A stretch of DNA of 64,000 nucleotides from Mycobacteriales bacterium (GCA_030447385.1 JAUJOY010000006.1:77405-141404), one strand, 5' to 3'; shown: positions 37,942 to 52,207, numbered from the stretch's first letter. Program-made: numbers and translations. Notes: generated by a model not told the origin, from the sequence alone.

Positions 37942-38445
37942 TCAGCCGCTGCCGAGGGTCCGCAGCGCCTTCCCGTCGAGGCGGAAGGTGGTCCAGTCCT
38001 CCTGCGGCACCGCGCCGAGCGAGCGGTAGAAGCCGATCGCGGGAGTGTTCCAGTCGAGCACCCACCACTCGAGGCGGGCATAGCCGCGGGCCAGGCAGAC
38101 CTCGGCGAGCGCCTGCAGGAGTCCCCGCCCGAGACCGGTGCCGCGCCCGGCGGGGCGTACGAACAGGTCCTCCAGCCACAGGCCGGGCAGGCCGCGCCAG
38201 GTGGAGAAGGTGACGTACCAGAGGGCGAAGCCGACCACCGCGCCGTCGTGGAGCGCCACGTGGCAGGAGGCGACCGGAGCCCGCCCGAACAGCGCGTCGT
38301 CCAGCAGGGCCGCCGTGGCCTCGACGGCGTCGGGCTCGCGCTCGTAGGCAGCGAGCTCGTGCACCAGCTCGAGCAGGACGGGTACGTCGTCGGGGACCGC
38401 CGGCCGGATCCGCTCGTCGGGGGTCGGGCGGGTCAGGTGTTCCAC
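37942..38445 (-). CDS. GNAT N-acetyltransferase (SSAT-like)
   Basis: ELAAYERE, LWLEDLFVRP..RGTGLG, WWVLDWNTPAIGFY. Confidence 0.9.
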   Translation of the reverse strand: MEHLTRPTPDERIRPAVPDDVPVLLELVHELAAYEREPDAVEATAALLDDALFGRAPVASCHVALHDGAVVGFALWYVTFSTWRGLPGLWLEDLFVRPAGRGTGLGRGLLQALAEVCLARGYARLEWWVLDWNTPAIGFYRSLGAVPQEDWTTFRLDGKALRTLGSG

Positions 38446-38993
38446 GTCAGGATCGCCGGGAAGTCGTGCTCGAAGCCGAGCGTGGAGATGGCCCCGGCGC
38501 CGAGCGGCAGGTGGCGCCCGGTGACCGGCGGCAGATCGAGCCAGCAGGCCGCCGCCACCCGCAGCGAGTGTCCGTGCGCGACCAGGCACGCGTCGGCCCC
38601 GCTCTCGAGCACGCCGCGCACCCGATCGAGCACCCGGTGCTGGCGCTCGGCGAGCTCGTCCATGCTCTCGCCGAGGCCGACGTCGTCCCAGACCGTCCAG
38701 CCCGGCCTGGTCTCCCGCGCCTGATCGGTCGTGCGGCCCTCCTCGGGGCCGTAGTCGAGCTCCACGAGGTCGTCATCGATCTCGGGGTGCAGCCCGGCGA
38801 GCTCGGCCGTGCGCACCGCCCGCTGGAGGGGGGAGCAGAGCACCAGCCCGAACTCCCGCTCCGACAGCCGGGAGTGCAGCGAGCGGGCGTCGGACTCGCC
38901 TTCGTCGTTCAACGGCACGTCGGTGCGTCCGGTGTGCTTGCCCTCCACCGACCAGTCGGTCTGTCCGTGCCTGACGAGTACGAGTTCGGCCAT
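38433..38993 (-). CDS. Histidine phosphatase family protein
   Basis: LVRHGQT, SPLQRA, VAHGH. Confidence 0.92.
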   Translation of the reverse strand: MAELVLVRHGQTDWSVEGKHTGRTDVPLNDEGESDARSLHSRLSEREFGLVLCSPLQRAVRTAELAGLHPEIDDDLVELDYGPEEGRTTDQARETRPGWTVWDDVGLGESMDELAERQHRVLDRVRGVLESGADACLVAHGHSLRVAAACWLDLPPVTGRHLPLGAGAISTLGFEHDFPAILTWNT

Positions 38994-39020
38994 GCGTCAG
39001 TCAAGCAAGCGGCCGGGAGC

Positions 39021-39443
39021 TCACGCAGGCGGGGTGTAGGTCGTGCCCTTGGTCTCCCAGAAGATGGTCGCGATCTGGTCGATCCCGTCGAGCAGCTTCT
39101 GGCCCTCGGCCGGGTCGAGCTTCTGCTTGGCACCCGTGCCGCTGGCCTGCTTGATGGTGGTGTTGATGAGCATGTGCAGCTCGGGGTACTTCTCGAAGTG
39201 CTCGGCCTTGAAGTAGTCGTGCCACAGCACCGCGAGGTGATGCTTGGCCAGGCTCGCCCGTTCCTCGATGATGCCGATCGCGCGGGCCCGGAACACCGGG
39301 TCGTCGTTCGCGGCGTACTTCTCCTGCATGGCCTTCACCGACTGCGCCTCTATGCGGGCCTGAGCCGGGTCGTACACGCCGCAGGGCAGGTCGCAGTGGG
39401 CGGACACGACAGTGGTCGGGGTGAGCAGACGGGGCAGCTTCAT
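39021..39443 (-). CDS. sodN: Nickel superoxide dismutase precursor
   Basis: Nickel hook HCDLPCGVY after a short propeptide. Confidence 0.97.
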   Translation of the reverse strand: MKLPRLLTPTTVVSAHCDLPCGVYDPAQARIEAQSVKAMQEKYAANDDPVFRARAIGIIEERASLAKHHLAVLWHDYFKAEHFEKYPELHMLINTTIKQASGTGAKQKLDPAEGQKLLDGIDQIATIFWETKGTTYTPPA

Positions 39444-39524
39444 ACTCGTCCTCCAGAGCTCGGGGATCTTCGGCTTCTCGTCCGGACCCTACCCCCGGCC
39501 CTTCCACGAAGGAACCGGGAGAGC

Positions 39525-39851
39525 GTGCGCACTGCCTTCGGAGTCGTCCTCGTGGAGGGTCCTTCCATGCTGCCGACCCTGCGGCCGGGCGACTGCCTGG
39601 TGGTGCGGCGGGGAGCCCGTACGCATCCGGGTGATGTGGTGGTCGCGCGGTTCCCCGCGCGCCCGGACCTGCTCGTGGTCAAGCGGGCGGCGCGGCCGGT
39701 CCAGGGCCTGTGGTGGGTGGAGTCGGACAACCCGGCGGTCACCGACGACAGCCGGCGGTACGGTCCGGCCGAGGTCGTCAGCCGGGTGGTGCTGCGCTAC
39801 TGGCCCCTGCCGCTGCGAAGGGTGTCCTCGCCGCCGCGCAGGCTGTCGTAG
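39525..39851 (+). CDS. sodX: Ni-SOD maturation protease (S26 family)
   Basis: VEGPSMLPTL, LVVKR, WVESDN, DSRRYG; divergent from sodN. Confidence 0.9.
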   Translation: MRTAFGVVLVEGPSMLPTLRPGDCLVVRRGARTHPGDVVVARFPARPDLLVVKRAARPVQGLWWVESDNPAVTDDSRRYGPAEVVSRVVLRYWPLPLRRVSSPPRRLS

Positions 39852-40429
39852 AGCTGCAGGCAGGCGGTGTACGACGGCAGCACCCCGGCGGCGTCGGCGT
39901 CGGCCAGCGAGGGGGCACGCGCGTCCCGTTCGGACAGGCGGGGCTCCACGTCCGCTGGCCAGGGCAGCGCCAGCGCGGGGTCGAGGGCGCACACCCCGTG
40001 CTCGTGACCGGGGTTGTACGGCTCGCTGCACAGGTAGGTGACATCGGCCTGGTCGCTGAGCGCCAGGAACGCGTGCCCCAGGCCCTGCGAGAGGTAGACG
40101 CCTCGGCGGTCCACCTCGTCGAGGCGCACCGCGTCGCTCTCCCCGAACGTCGGGGAGCCGACCCGCAGGTCGACGACCACGTCGAGCACCGCGCCGCGGC
40201 TGCAGTAGACGTACTTCGCCTGCCCGGGCGGGACGTCGGCGAAGTGGACCCCGCGCAGGGCGCCCTTCCGCGACACGCTGTGGTTGGCCTGCTTCACCGT
40301 CAGCGGGTGGCCCAGCGCGTCCGCCAGCACCTCCCCCTTGAACCACTCCAGGAACAGCCCGCGGGGGTCGGGGAGCTGGCGGGGTGTGAAGGACCACGCC
40401 CCCGGTACGCGGAGCTCGGCGACCTGCAC
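39797..40429 (-). CDS. rmlC: dTDP-4-dehydrorhamnose 3,5-epimerase
   Basis: DPRGLF, QANHSVSRKGALRGVH, DLRVGSPTFG, GHAF, DPALALPWP. Confidence 0.93.
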   Translation of the reverse strand: MQVAELRVPGAWSFTPRQLPDPRGLFLEWFKGEVLADALGHPLTVKQANHSVSRKGALRGVHFADVPPGQAKYVYCSRGAVLDVVVDLRVGSPTFGESDAVRLDEVDRRGVYLSQGLGHAFLALSDQADVTYLCSEPYNPGHEHGVCALDPALALPWPADVEPRLSERDARAPSLADADAAGVLPSYTACLQLYDSLRGGEDTLRSGRGQ

Positions 40430-40504
40430 CCGGGCACTGTAGGGGCCGCTTGCGCGCGGCTGCGAGGATGACGGTCCGGAAGTGCCTAGCTGGAGGGACC
40501 TGAC

Positions 40505-41698
40505 GTGCCGACGCCGCCCGGCCCGAACGACCACTCCGACCGGGACAGCGACCCGGCGTTCCGGCTCCACCGGGGCGGCAAGGTGGAGGTGGTGTCCTCG
40601 GTGCCGCTCGAGACCCGTGAGGACCTCTCGCTCGCCTACACCCCGGGAGTCGCCCGGATCTGCACGGCCATCGAGCACGAGCCTGACCTCGCGTACGACT
40701 ACACGTGGAAGGGCCGCACCGTCGCGGTCGTCACCGACGGCACCGCGGTGCTCGGGCTGGGCGACATCGGGCCGCTGGCCTCGCTGCCCGTGATGGAGGG
40801 GAAGGCGCTGCTGTTCAAGCAGTTCGGCGGGATCGACGCGGTGCCGATCTGTCTGGCCGTCACTGACGTCGACGAGCTGATCGAGACGGTCGTACGCCTC
40901 GCGCCCGGCTTCGGCGGCATCAACCTCGAGGACATCAGCGCGCCGAGGTGCTTCGAGGTGGAGCGCCGGCTGCAGGAGCGGCTCGACATCCCGGTCTTCC
41001 ACGACGACCAGCACGGCACGGCGATCGTCGTCCTGGCGGCCCTGCGCAACGCCGCGCGGCTGACCGGCCGCAGCCTGGCCGACCTGCGGGTGGTCGTGTC
41101 CGGTGCCGGCGCCGCCGGTATCGCGGTGTCGAAGATGATCCTGGAGGCCGGCATCGGCGACCTCGCGATCGCCGACAGCAAGGGCATGATCCACCAGGGG
41201 CGCGAGGACCTCAACGAGCAGAAGCAGGCGTTCGCCGAGATCAGCAACACCGGCGGGCATCGGGGGACCTTCGTCGAGGCGCTGCAGGACGCGGACGTCC
41301 TGATCGGGCTGTCCTCCGGCACCATCCCGCCCGAGGCGGTGGCCACGATGGCGCCGGACTCGATCGTGTTCGCGATGGCCAACCCCGACCCCGAGGTGCA
41401 CCCGGACGTGGCGCACGCCAACGGCGCCTGCGTGGTGGCGACCGGGCGCAGCGACTTCCCCAACCAGATCAACAACGTGCTCGCCTTCCCCGGGGTGTTC
41501 CGCGGCGCCATGGCCGTACGCGCGACCCGCGTCACCGAGGGCATGAAGCTCGCCGCGTCGGAGGCGCTGGCGGCGGTGGTGGGCGACGACCTCGCGCCGG
41601 ACCTGGTGATCCCGAGCGTGTTCGACACGCGGGTGGCACCGGCCGTCGCCGACGCGGTCGCCGCCGCCGCCCGGGCCGAGGGCGTCGCCCGGCTCTGA
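40505..41698 (+). CDS. NAD(P)-dependent malic enzyme
   Basis: LAYTPGVA, VVTDGTAVLGLG, EDISAPRCF, HDDQHGT, GRSDFPNQINN. Confidence 0.94.
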   Translation: MPTPPGPNDHSDRDSDPAFRLHRGGKVEVVSSVPLETREDLSLAYTPGVARICTAIEHEPDLAYDYTWKGRTVAVVTDGTAVLGLGDIGPLASLPVMEGKALLFKQFGGIDAVPICLAVTDVDELIETVVRLAPGFGGINLEDISAPRCFEVERRLQERLDIPVFHDDQHGTAIVVLAALRNAARLTGRSLADLRVVVSGAGAAGIAVSKMILEAGIGDLAIADSKGMIHQGREDLNEQKQAFAEISNTGGHRGTFVEALQDADVLIGLSSGTIPPEAVATMAPDSIVFAMANPDPEVHPDVAHANGACVVATGRSDFPNQINNVLAFPGVFRGAMAVRATRVTEGMKLAASEALAAVVGDDLAPDLVIPSVFDTRVAPAVADAVAAAARAEGVARL

Positions 41699-41722
41699 CA
41701 GCGCCCGCTCTAGGGTCGACGG

Positions 41723-42703
41723 ATGCTCGCCGTCACCTGCACGTCCCAGTCCATCGACGACCCGCTCTCGGGGCTGACGGTGGGCGAGCGACCCGATCCG
41801 GAGCCGCCGGACGGGTGGGTGCGCGTGGCGGTGCGCGCCGCCTCGCTCAACCACCACGACCTGTGGTCCCTGCGCGGTGTGGGCCTGCCCGGGGACCGGC
41901 TGCCCATGATCCTCGGCTGCGACGCCGCCGGGATCGCCGCGGACGGTGCGGAGGTGGTCGTCCATGCGATCGTCGGCGACGCGGACTGGCTGGGTGACGA
42001 GACGCTCGACCCCCGGCGCAGCATCCTGTCCGAGCGCTACCAGGGGACGCTGGCCGACTCGGTCGTCGTCCCCCGCCGCAACCTGATCCCCAAGCCGGAG
42101 GGCCTGTCGTTCGAGGAGGCGGCCTGCCTTCCGACGGCCTGGCTTACGGCGTACCGGATGCTGTTCACCTCTGCCGGCCTGCATCCCGGCGACCGGGTGC
42201 TGATCCAGGGCGCCGGGGGTGGCGTGTCGACGGCAGCGATCGCGCTGGCCCGCGCGGCCGGGCTCGTGGTGTGGGTGACCGGCCGCGAGGAGGACCGGCG
42301 TCACCGGGCGCTGGAGCTGGGGGCGCACGAGGTGTTCGAGCCCGGCGCCCGGCTGCCGGCGCGGGTGGACGCGGTGCTGGAGACGGTCGGCAAGGCGACC
42401 TGGGCGCACTCGATGAAGAGCCTGCGTCCCGGCGGCACCCTCGTGGTTTCGGGGGCCACCACCGGAGCCGACCCGGGCGCCGACCTGAACCGGCTGTTCT
42501 TCTTGCAGCTGCGGGTGGTCGGTTCGACGATGGGCACCCGCGACGAGCTCGCCGGGCTGCTGTCGATGCTGGCGGTCACCGGGGTCCGGCCGCAGATCGA
42601 TGAGGTGATCCCGCTGGGTGAGGCCCGCCGGGGCTTCGAGCGGCTGCTGGCGGGGGACGTCGTCGGCAAGATCGTGCTGCGCCCCGACAGCCCGCACTCC
42701 TAA
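41723..42703 (+). CDS. Zinc-binding dehydrogenase / NADPH:quinone oxidoreductase (MDR family)
   Basis: SLNHHD, LGCDAAG, LPTAWLTAY, QGAGGGV. Confidence 0.9.
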   Translation: MLAVTCTSQSIDDPLSGLTVGERPDPEPPDGWVRVAVRAASLNHHDLWSLRGVGLPGDRLPMILGCDAAGIAADGAEVVVHAIVGDADWLGDETLDPRRSILSERYQGTLADSVVVPRRNLIPKPEGLSFEEAACLPTAWLTAYRMLFTSAGLHPGDRVLIQGAGGGVSTAAIALARAAGLVVWVTGREEDRRHRALELGAHEVFEPGARLPARVDAVLETVGKATWAHSMKSLRPGGTLVVSGATTGADPGADLNRLFFLQLRVVGSTMGTRDELAGLLSMLAVTGVRPQIDEVIPLGEARRGFERLLAGDVVGKIVLRPDSPHS

Positions 42704-42715
42704 GGAGCCCCCGGC

Positions 42716-43528
42716 GTGGTCCTGCCCGTCCATGACATCAACCCGACGCGCCGCGCCCCGTGGGTCACCCGGTTCCTGCTGCTCGCCAACATCCTGGTGT
42801 TCGTCCTGAGCCCCGTCGCCCTGGCGCCGCTGTTCGGAGCGGACGATGCGGCCTCCACCTGCGGGGTGGTGGCGTTCCTCGACGAGTACGCCGCGAAGCC
42901 CAGCGAGGTCATCGGCAACGACCCGCCGGCCGAGGTCGCGACTGGCGAGGTCGGCCGCGACGCCACGGGCAACGAGGGCTGCGTGGTGCAGTCCCCGCCG
43001 CCGTACGAGAAGTCGCCGGCGCTGTCGGTCCTGACGGCGATGTTCCTGCACGGCGGGTGGCTGCACCTCTTGGGCAACATGCTGTTCCTCTACGTCTTCG
43101 GCAACAACGTGGAGGACCGGCTCGGCCGGTTCCGCTTCCTGCTGTTCTACCTCGGGTGCGGGTTCGCGGCGACGTACGGCTTCTCGGTCTTCTTCGCGGG
43201 CTCGTCGGTGCCGCTGGTCGGCGCATCGGGCGCCATCGCGGGGGTGCTGGGGGCCTACCTGGTGCTCTTCCCGCGGGCCAAGGTCTGGTCGCTGCTGACC
43301 TTCTTCTTCTTCCTGCCGGTACGCCTGCCGGCCTGGCTGGTGCTCGGCAGCTGGTTCGTCCTGCAGTACCTCTACACCCGCGGCGCGGGGCTCACCGGGG
43401 AGACGGAGACCGCCTACCTCGCGCACGTGATCGGCTTCGTCGTGGGGGCGGCCCTGGCCTGGCCGCTGCGCGGGAGCGGGCAGGCCCGGGAGCTCGACCC
43501 GCGGTGGGGGCCGTACGCCCGGCGTTGA
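42716..43528 (+). CDS. Rhomboid intramembrane serine protease
   Basis: HGGWLHLLGNM, VGASGAI, AYLAHVIG. Confidence 0.93.
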   Translation: MVLPVHDINPTRRAPWVTRFLLLANILVFVLSPVALAPLFGADDAASTCGVVAFLDEYAAKPSEVIGNDPPAEVATGEVGRDATGNEGCVVQSPPPYEKSPALSVLTAMFLHGGWLHLLGNMLFLYVFGNNVEDRLGRFRFLLFYLGCGFAATYGFSVFFAGSSVPLVGASGAIAGVLGAYLVLFPRAKVWSLLTFFFFLPVRLPAWLVLGSWFVLQYLYTRGAGLTGETETAYLAHVIGFVVGAALAWPLRGSGQARELDPRWGPYARR

Positions 43529-43640
43529 GCGGGACGTCCGGCGTGTCTCGCCTGAGCTGTATCGCCTGAGCTGATGGCCTGAGCTGACATCGGAGATGCC
43601 GGTCGGAGCGGCTCAGAGCGTCCACCGGTAGCGCCCGTCC

Positions 43641-43861
<221 letters not shown>

Positions 43862-43967
43862 GGGGGAGATGGGGCCACCCGCGGCTTCGATGCAACGCAT
43901 CGGCGGGGGCGACCCACGGCACCCGCGAACCCACTGACCAACTCACCCGTCAACTCGCGGGCCAACT

Positions 43968-45402
43968 TCATGCCAGGACCGGCGGTCCGTGGCTGTGGAC
44001 GCTCAGCCAGGGCACGTGCAGCTGGTGGAGTTGGAGTCGGCCTTGGTGCCACATCACGTGGTGGCGTCGGCAGAGCAGGGCGAGGTTGTGCAGTGCTGTG
44101 TCGCCGCCGTTCTCGCGGTGGGTGAGGTGGTGGGCGTCGCACAGGGCGGGGGTCGGGTGCAGCCGCGGGTGGTGCAGCTCGATCGCGGGCGGCGAGGGCT
44201 CGGCGTTGGGCGGTGGTGATGTTGTCGGTGAGGGATTCCAGCCCGTGTACTTGGCCTAGGGGTTGAGCAGACGCGGCTGAGCCGGGCGTCGCACAGGATC
44301 GTCTCGATCCGGGTGCGGGTCTGCGGTCCGGTCCACGCCGCGGTCGCGCAGGTGCGCCGGGAGCGAGCGCGGAGCCCTCCGCTGCCGCCGCCCGCGTCGG
44401 TGGCCGTTGCCGCGCCGGTCCGCGTGCCGTCGAGCGAACCCAGCCTTGTGCCGGGTGCGCCGGGCTCGTCGAGCGTGCTGTGGGGCTCGCTGATCCGGGT
44501 GCCGAACGCGTCGAGCGTGTCCGGGCAGCCGGGGGTCGCCTCGGGGTTGCCTCGGTTGCCGAGCTCGGTGCGGATCAGCTCGCTGATCGGCGGCGGTGGC
44601 TCGCCGGCTGCCCGGTCGGCGGGCAGGAGGTAGCTGAGCTGCGGGCGGTGCCCGGCGGTGTCGGGCAGCTGCCCGTGCCGCAGGACCTGTTCGCACACCT
44701 CGATCAGCGCGTCGGCGCGGCGTTGTCCGGCGGTGCGGCCATCCGCCAGGCCGGTGGAACGGGCCAGGGCTCCAGCACGATCAGCACCGTTTCGGCGTCG
44801 CCCACGGGCAGGACGAAGGTGCCGCGGATGGCGCCGTCGTCGGGGTGCCGGGTCTGCAGGTAGCGCCGGGACTGTGCGGTGCGCTCCTCCGCGTCCAGCT
44901 GCGGTTCGCAGTGCGTGGCGATCAGCTCGCGCTCCCACACCGCGAGGGCGTGCGGATCGCGGCCGGCGGCAACCTCGATGAGCGGGTCCTGACTGGCCAG
45001 GAGCTCCTCGGGATGGATCGGGCCGACCAGCCGGGTCAGCACCGCGGCCTGCTCGCGTCCGAGCGTGCCGTTCACGACCGCGTCGCGGACCGCGGACAGC
45101 TCACGCAGCCCGCTCGGCCAGGCGCACCGACGCGCCGGCCGCGGTGCCGCCGCACAGGGTGGCCTCGCGCAGCCACGCCCGGAGCGGCACCTGACGGCCG
45201 TCCCCACAGGCGGCGGGCACCTGACCTGCGGCGCGGCGGCGAGCTCGCCCAGGGCGCTGTCCAGCCACCCGCCGAGCCGGTCACCCAGGGCGCTCACCTC
45301 CCGGATCGCGCCCTGCAACTGCGACACGCTCACCGCAGCCGGCGGGACCGCCAGCAGCACCTCCACGCTGCCGGCCAGTCCAACCACCGCACCCGAACTC
45401 AT
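43968..45402 (-). pseudogene. Second DUF222-HNH element, frameshifted
   Basis: DUF222-like frames at 44704-45402 and 44054-44938; terminal HNH ...HH...NLALLCRRHHVMWHQG, stop at 43968. Confidence 0.8.
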
Positions 45403-45437
45403 GTTCGAATCCTACCGCATCCGCCACTCCTTGACAA
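45393..45437 (-). promoter_or_regulatory. Sigma70 promoter with LexA-like box over the start codon
   Basis: TTGTCA(45437-45432)-N17-TAGGAT(45414-45409), followed at once by TCGAAC-ATGA-GTTCGG, which contains ATG 45402. Confidence 0.75.
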
Positions 45438-45637
45438 GGCTGCTGTGCATGAATCCTGCCGGCGTACAGGGCTTCTCGTTGTCCACAGACTCAGCCCGGC
45501 CCCTGGATAGTCGCCGCTGGTGGGCTCCCGGTGCGGGCAGCTCCCGAGTCCGGGGGAGCCCCCGACCGGATGATCTCTCGATTCGTGGTCTGGTCCCGGA
45601 CACGCCGGCGGGTCGATGCCCGGCCCACGATTCAGAA

Positions 45638-45762
45638 GATCCAACCGGCTGGCCGCTCGGCCAAAGATCCAACCGGGCCGGCCGCCATCACAATGATCCA
45701 ACCGGACCGGCCGCCATCACAATGATCCAACCGGACCGGCCGCCCCGGGAAGATCCCCCGGA
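45638..45762. repeat. Five 28-29-bp direct repeats
   Basis: GATCC at 45638, 45666, 45695, 45724 and 45752; core GATCCAACCGG..GGCCGC. Confidence 0.85.
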
Positions 45763-45840
45763 AACGGGCCGACCCGGGGGAAGGCTGCAACGGGCCGGGG
45801 ACCTGAGGGAACCAACGGGGCCGCCGCCCCACACCCCCAC

Positions 45841-46017
45841 CTACTCGTCCTCGTCGTCCAACCGGGCCAGCCAGGTCGCCAGCCGCTCCACCGGGACCTC
45901 GAACTCCGGCGACGCGTCGACGAACTGCCGCATGCGCTCAGCCAGCCACAAGAGGCTGACCATCTCCTCGCCGCGCCGCTCGGCGAGCTCCTCCAGGCCG
46001 CGGTCGGTGAAGTACAC
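45841..46017 (-). CDS. DUF6104-like small conserved protein
   Basis: MYFTDRGLEELAERRGEE...VERLATWLARLDDED, downstream of kgd. Confidence 0.85.
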   Translation of the reverse strand: MYFTDRGLEELAERRGEEMVSLLWLAERMRQFVDASPEFEVPVERLATWLARLDDEDE

Positions 46018-46022
46018 GCCCG

Positions 46023-49808
<3,786 letters not shown>

Positions 49809-49912
49809 GCCTGCGGTTCGCCTCTTCCTCACTCACGTGCACCTGCCTGTACGGGCTCCAGGTTACTCGCGGGTTTCCTGACGACCCGTCGTTCGGCTCG
49901 GCCCGCCGCGGG

Positions 49913-50101
49913 CTAGTTGGACTCCTCCAGCCGGCTGATCGACCGGATCGTGTCCTGGGTCTCCCGATCGCCCTCGTCCACCGGGACTGCTGCGTCGTCC
50001 AGGCCCTTCTCGACGGCGGCGGGAACCGGCAGCTCCGGCCCGTCGTGGTCGGACTCTGACGGGCTGGATCCGGGGTCGCTGGAGCTGCTGGAAGTGTCCA
50101 T
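49913..50101 (-). CDS. Possible small acidic protein (62 aa)
   Basis: MDTSSSSSDP...SISRLEESN fills the gap upstream of kgd; no homology recognised. Confidence 0.35.
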   Translation of the reverse strand: MDTSSSSSDPGSSPSESDHDGPELPVPAAVEKGLDDAAVPVDEGDRETQDTIRSISRLEESN

Positions 50102-50141
50102 GGAAGGCGGAGTACCCACTGGAGCGGCACCCACGGGCAAC

Positions 50142-51707
50142 ATGACGCAGACTTCTCGGGTGAAGTCCCTGGCGGTCGGCGTGGTGACGGTGGCGCTGCT
50201 CGCAAGCGCGTGCACGGGCGGCGCCGCTCCGGACGTCTCCGCACCCACGGACAGCGGAACCGCCTCGGGCGCGCCCGGCAGCCCAGGGGCACCGAACGCG
50301 GAGCCGCCCCGCCCGGAGCCGCCGGCGCCGGTCGTGGCGCCGCTGGTCTGGGCGCCGTGCGAAGCCGGGTTCGAGTGCTCCACGCTGCGGGTCCCGTTCG
50401 TGGAGGAGGACCCGTCGAAGGGCACGGTCGACCTCGCCCTGACGCGGAAGGTGACGCCCGACCCGGCGCGGCGCCTCGGCTCGCTCGTCATCAACCCGGG
50501 AGGTCCCGGCGCCTCCGCCGTCGGCTACCTGCAGGACGCGTGGGAGCAGATCCCGAAGGAGGTGCGGGCGCGCTTCGACCTGGTCGCGTTCGACCCGCGC
50601 GGGGTTGGGCGCAGCGCTCCCGTGCGGTGCGGCACCACGAAGGAGCTCGATGGCTACTTCGCCGTCGACCCCAGTCCCGACAGCCCCGCCGAGATGAGCG
50701 CTCTCACGCTCGCCAACAGCCAGTTCGCGCAGGGGTGCCAGCGCCGATCGGGCGCCACCCTCCCGTACGTCTCGACCGCCGACGCCGCCCGCGACCTCGA
50801 CAAGGTCCGCGAGGGGCTGGGCGACCAGAAGCTGACCTACCTCGGCTACTCCTACGGCACCTCGCTGGGCGCGGAGTACCTCGACCGGTTCCCGAAGCGG
50901 GTACGCGCGATGGTGCTCGACGGTGGTGTCGACCCGACGCTGAGCTGGGATCGCCTGCTGGAAGGGCAGTCTCGCGGCTTCGACCAGGCACTGGAGGCTT
51001 TCCTCGCCAACTGCGAGCGCATCAACTGCGCCTTCCGCCGGGTGGCCACCGGCCCGCTGGGGGCGGCGTACGACGCCCTGGCCGCGCGCATCGAGAAGTC
51101 ACCGCTGCCGGGCGACGGCAAGCGCACGCTCGGGCCGGCGGAGTTCTCGCTCGGGGTCGGTGCCGGGCTCTACAGCAAGGAGAACGGCTGGCCGGCCATC
51201 TCCGCCGGGCTTGCCGCCGCGGTGGAGCAGGGCAAGGGGCGGATCCTGCTCTCGCTGAGCGACCTCTACCTCTCGCGCACCGACGAGGGCTATGAGAACA
51301 CCAACGAGGCCAACCTCGCGGTGAACTGCCTGGACCGGCCGTGGCCGCGCGACGACGCGCCGTACCTCGCCCTGGCCGAGAAGGTGCGCCCGGACGCGCC
51401 GCGGTTCGGCCCGGCCATCGCCCTGGCGGGGCTGGCCTGCGCGCGCTGGCCGGTCGAGCCGGTGGGCGAGCCGTCAGCGGTCACGGCGCCAGGCGCACCG
51501 CCGATCCTGGTGATCGGGACCACCGGGGACCCGGCGACGCCGTTCGCCTGGTCCGAGGCGCTCGCCGACCAGCTGTCCTCGGGGGTGCTGCTCACGCACG
51601 AGGGCGACGGCCACACCGTCTACCGGGCGGGGGCGCCGGAGTGCGTGCTGGACGCCGCCAACCGCTACTTGCTGACGGGCGAGGCGCCCAAGCCGCTCAC
51701 CTGCTGA
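50142..51707 (+). CDS. Alpha/beta hydrolase lipoprotein (TAP-like peptidase)
   Basis: LASAC lipobox, INPGGPG, FDPRGVG, GYSYG, GDPATP, GHT. Confidence 0.92.
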   Translation: MTQTSRVKSLAVGVVTVALLASACTGGAAPDVSAPTDSGTASGAPGSPGAPNAEPPRPEPPAPVVAPLVWAPCEAGFECSTLRVPFVEEDPSKGTVDLALTRKVTPDPARRLGSLVINPGGPGASAVGYLQDAWEQIPKEVRARFDLVAFDPRGVGRSAPVRCGTTKELDGYFAVDPSPDSPAEMSALTLANSQFAQGCQRRSGATLPYVSTADAARDLDKVREGLGDQKLTYLGYSYGTSLGAEYLDRFPKRVRAMVLDGGVDPTLSWDRLLEGQSRGFDQALEAFLANCERINCAFRRVATGPLGAAYDALAARIEKSPLPGDGKRTLGPAEFSLGVGAGLYSKENGWPAISAGLAAAVEQGKGRILLSLSDLYLSRTDEGYENTNEANLAVNCLDRPWPRDDAPYLALAEKVRPDAPRFGPAIALAGLACARWPVEPVGEPSAVTAPGAPPILVIGTTGDPATPFAWSEALADQLSSGVLLTHEGDGHTVYRAGAPECVLDAANRYLLTGEAPKPLTC

Positions 51708-51730
51708 GGGCCGTTCCGGGTCAGGACGCC

Positions 51731-52135
51731 CTACGTGGGCTGGCGGGACCGCCGGCTGCGCTCGTCGGTCAGCGAGATGACGGTGTCCTCGTCGTCGATG
51801 TAGAGCGGCAGGGGCTTCTGAGCCACGTCCGGTGCCGCCGCCTCCAGCGAGGCGAACGCCTCAGCCTCCTGGTCGAGCAGCTGCCGCAGGGCGAGGAGGT
51901 GATGGTGGACCTGGTCGCTGGCCGCAGGGCCGTAGCGGGTCAGGTGCGCGATGGCGTCATCGAGGCTGCGCCTGCGCGCGAGCCACACGGCCAGGCGCCT
52001 GAGGTCTTCTCGGCCGGGTTCCACAGGAGCAAGAGTGAGGCCTCGGGGGTCCCGTGCGCAGCCGAATCGGGCGACCTGTGAGCGGTGCTGCTCTGCCTGC
52101 GGTTCGGGCTGTGCCGGCGCCCATCCAGCGGGCAT
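51731..52135 (-). CDS. Hypothetical protein
   Basis: ORF only; start uncertain. Confidence 0.35.
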   Translation of the reverse strand: MPAGWAPAQPEPQAEQHRSQVARFGCARDPRGLTLAPVEPGREDLRRLAVWLARRRSLDDAIAHLTRYGPAASDQVHHHLLALRQLLDQEAEAFASLEAAAPDVAQKPLPLYIDDEDTVISLTDERSRRSRQPT

Positions 52136-52207
52136 CGACGGGGTTGAAGCGGATGGTCACGCATCGTGGCGTTTCAGGGTGCTGTCGCTGATCTGAAGCG
52201 CCGCGCG

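Noticed and set aside
40430-43426. Upstream part of the 1209-aa minus-strand ORF
   Set aside because: Only the last ~210 aa are RmlC; the rest is antisense to malic enzyme, MDR and rhomboid.
45479-45487. Replication origin from a TTGTCCACA DnaA box
   Set aside because: Single box, with no dnaA, dnaN or rep gene and no box cluster.
45638-45762. CRISPR array
   Set aside because: Period is 28-29 bp with no unique spacers of CRISPR length, and no cas genes are present.
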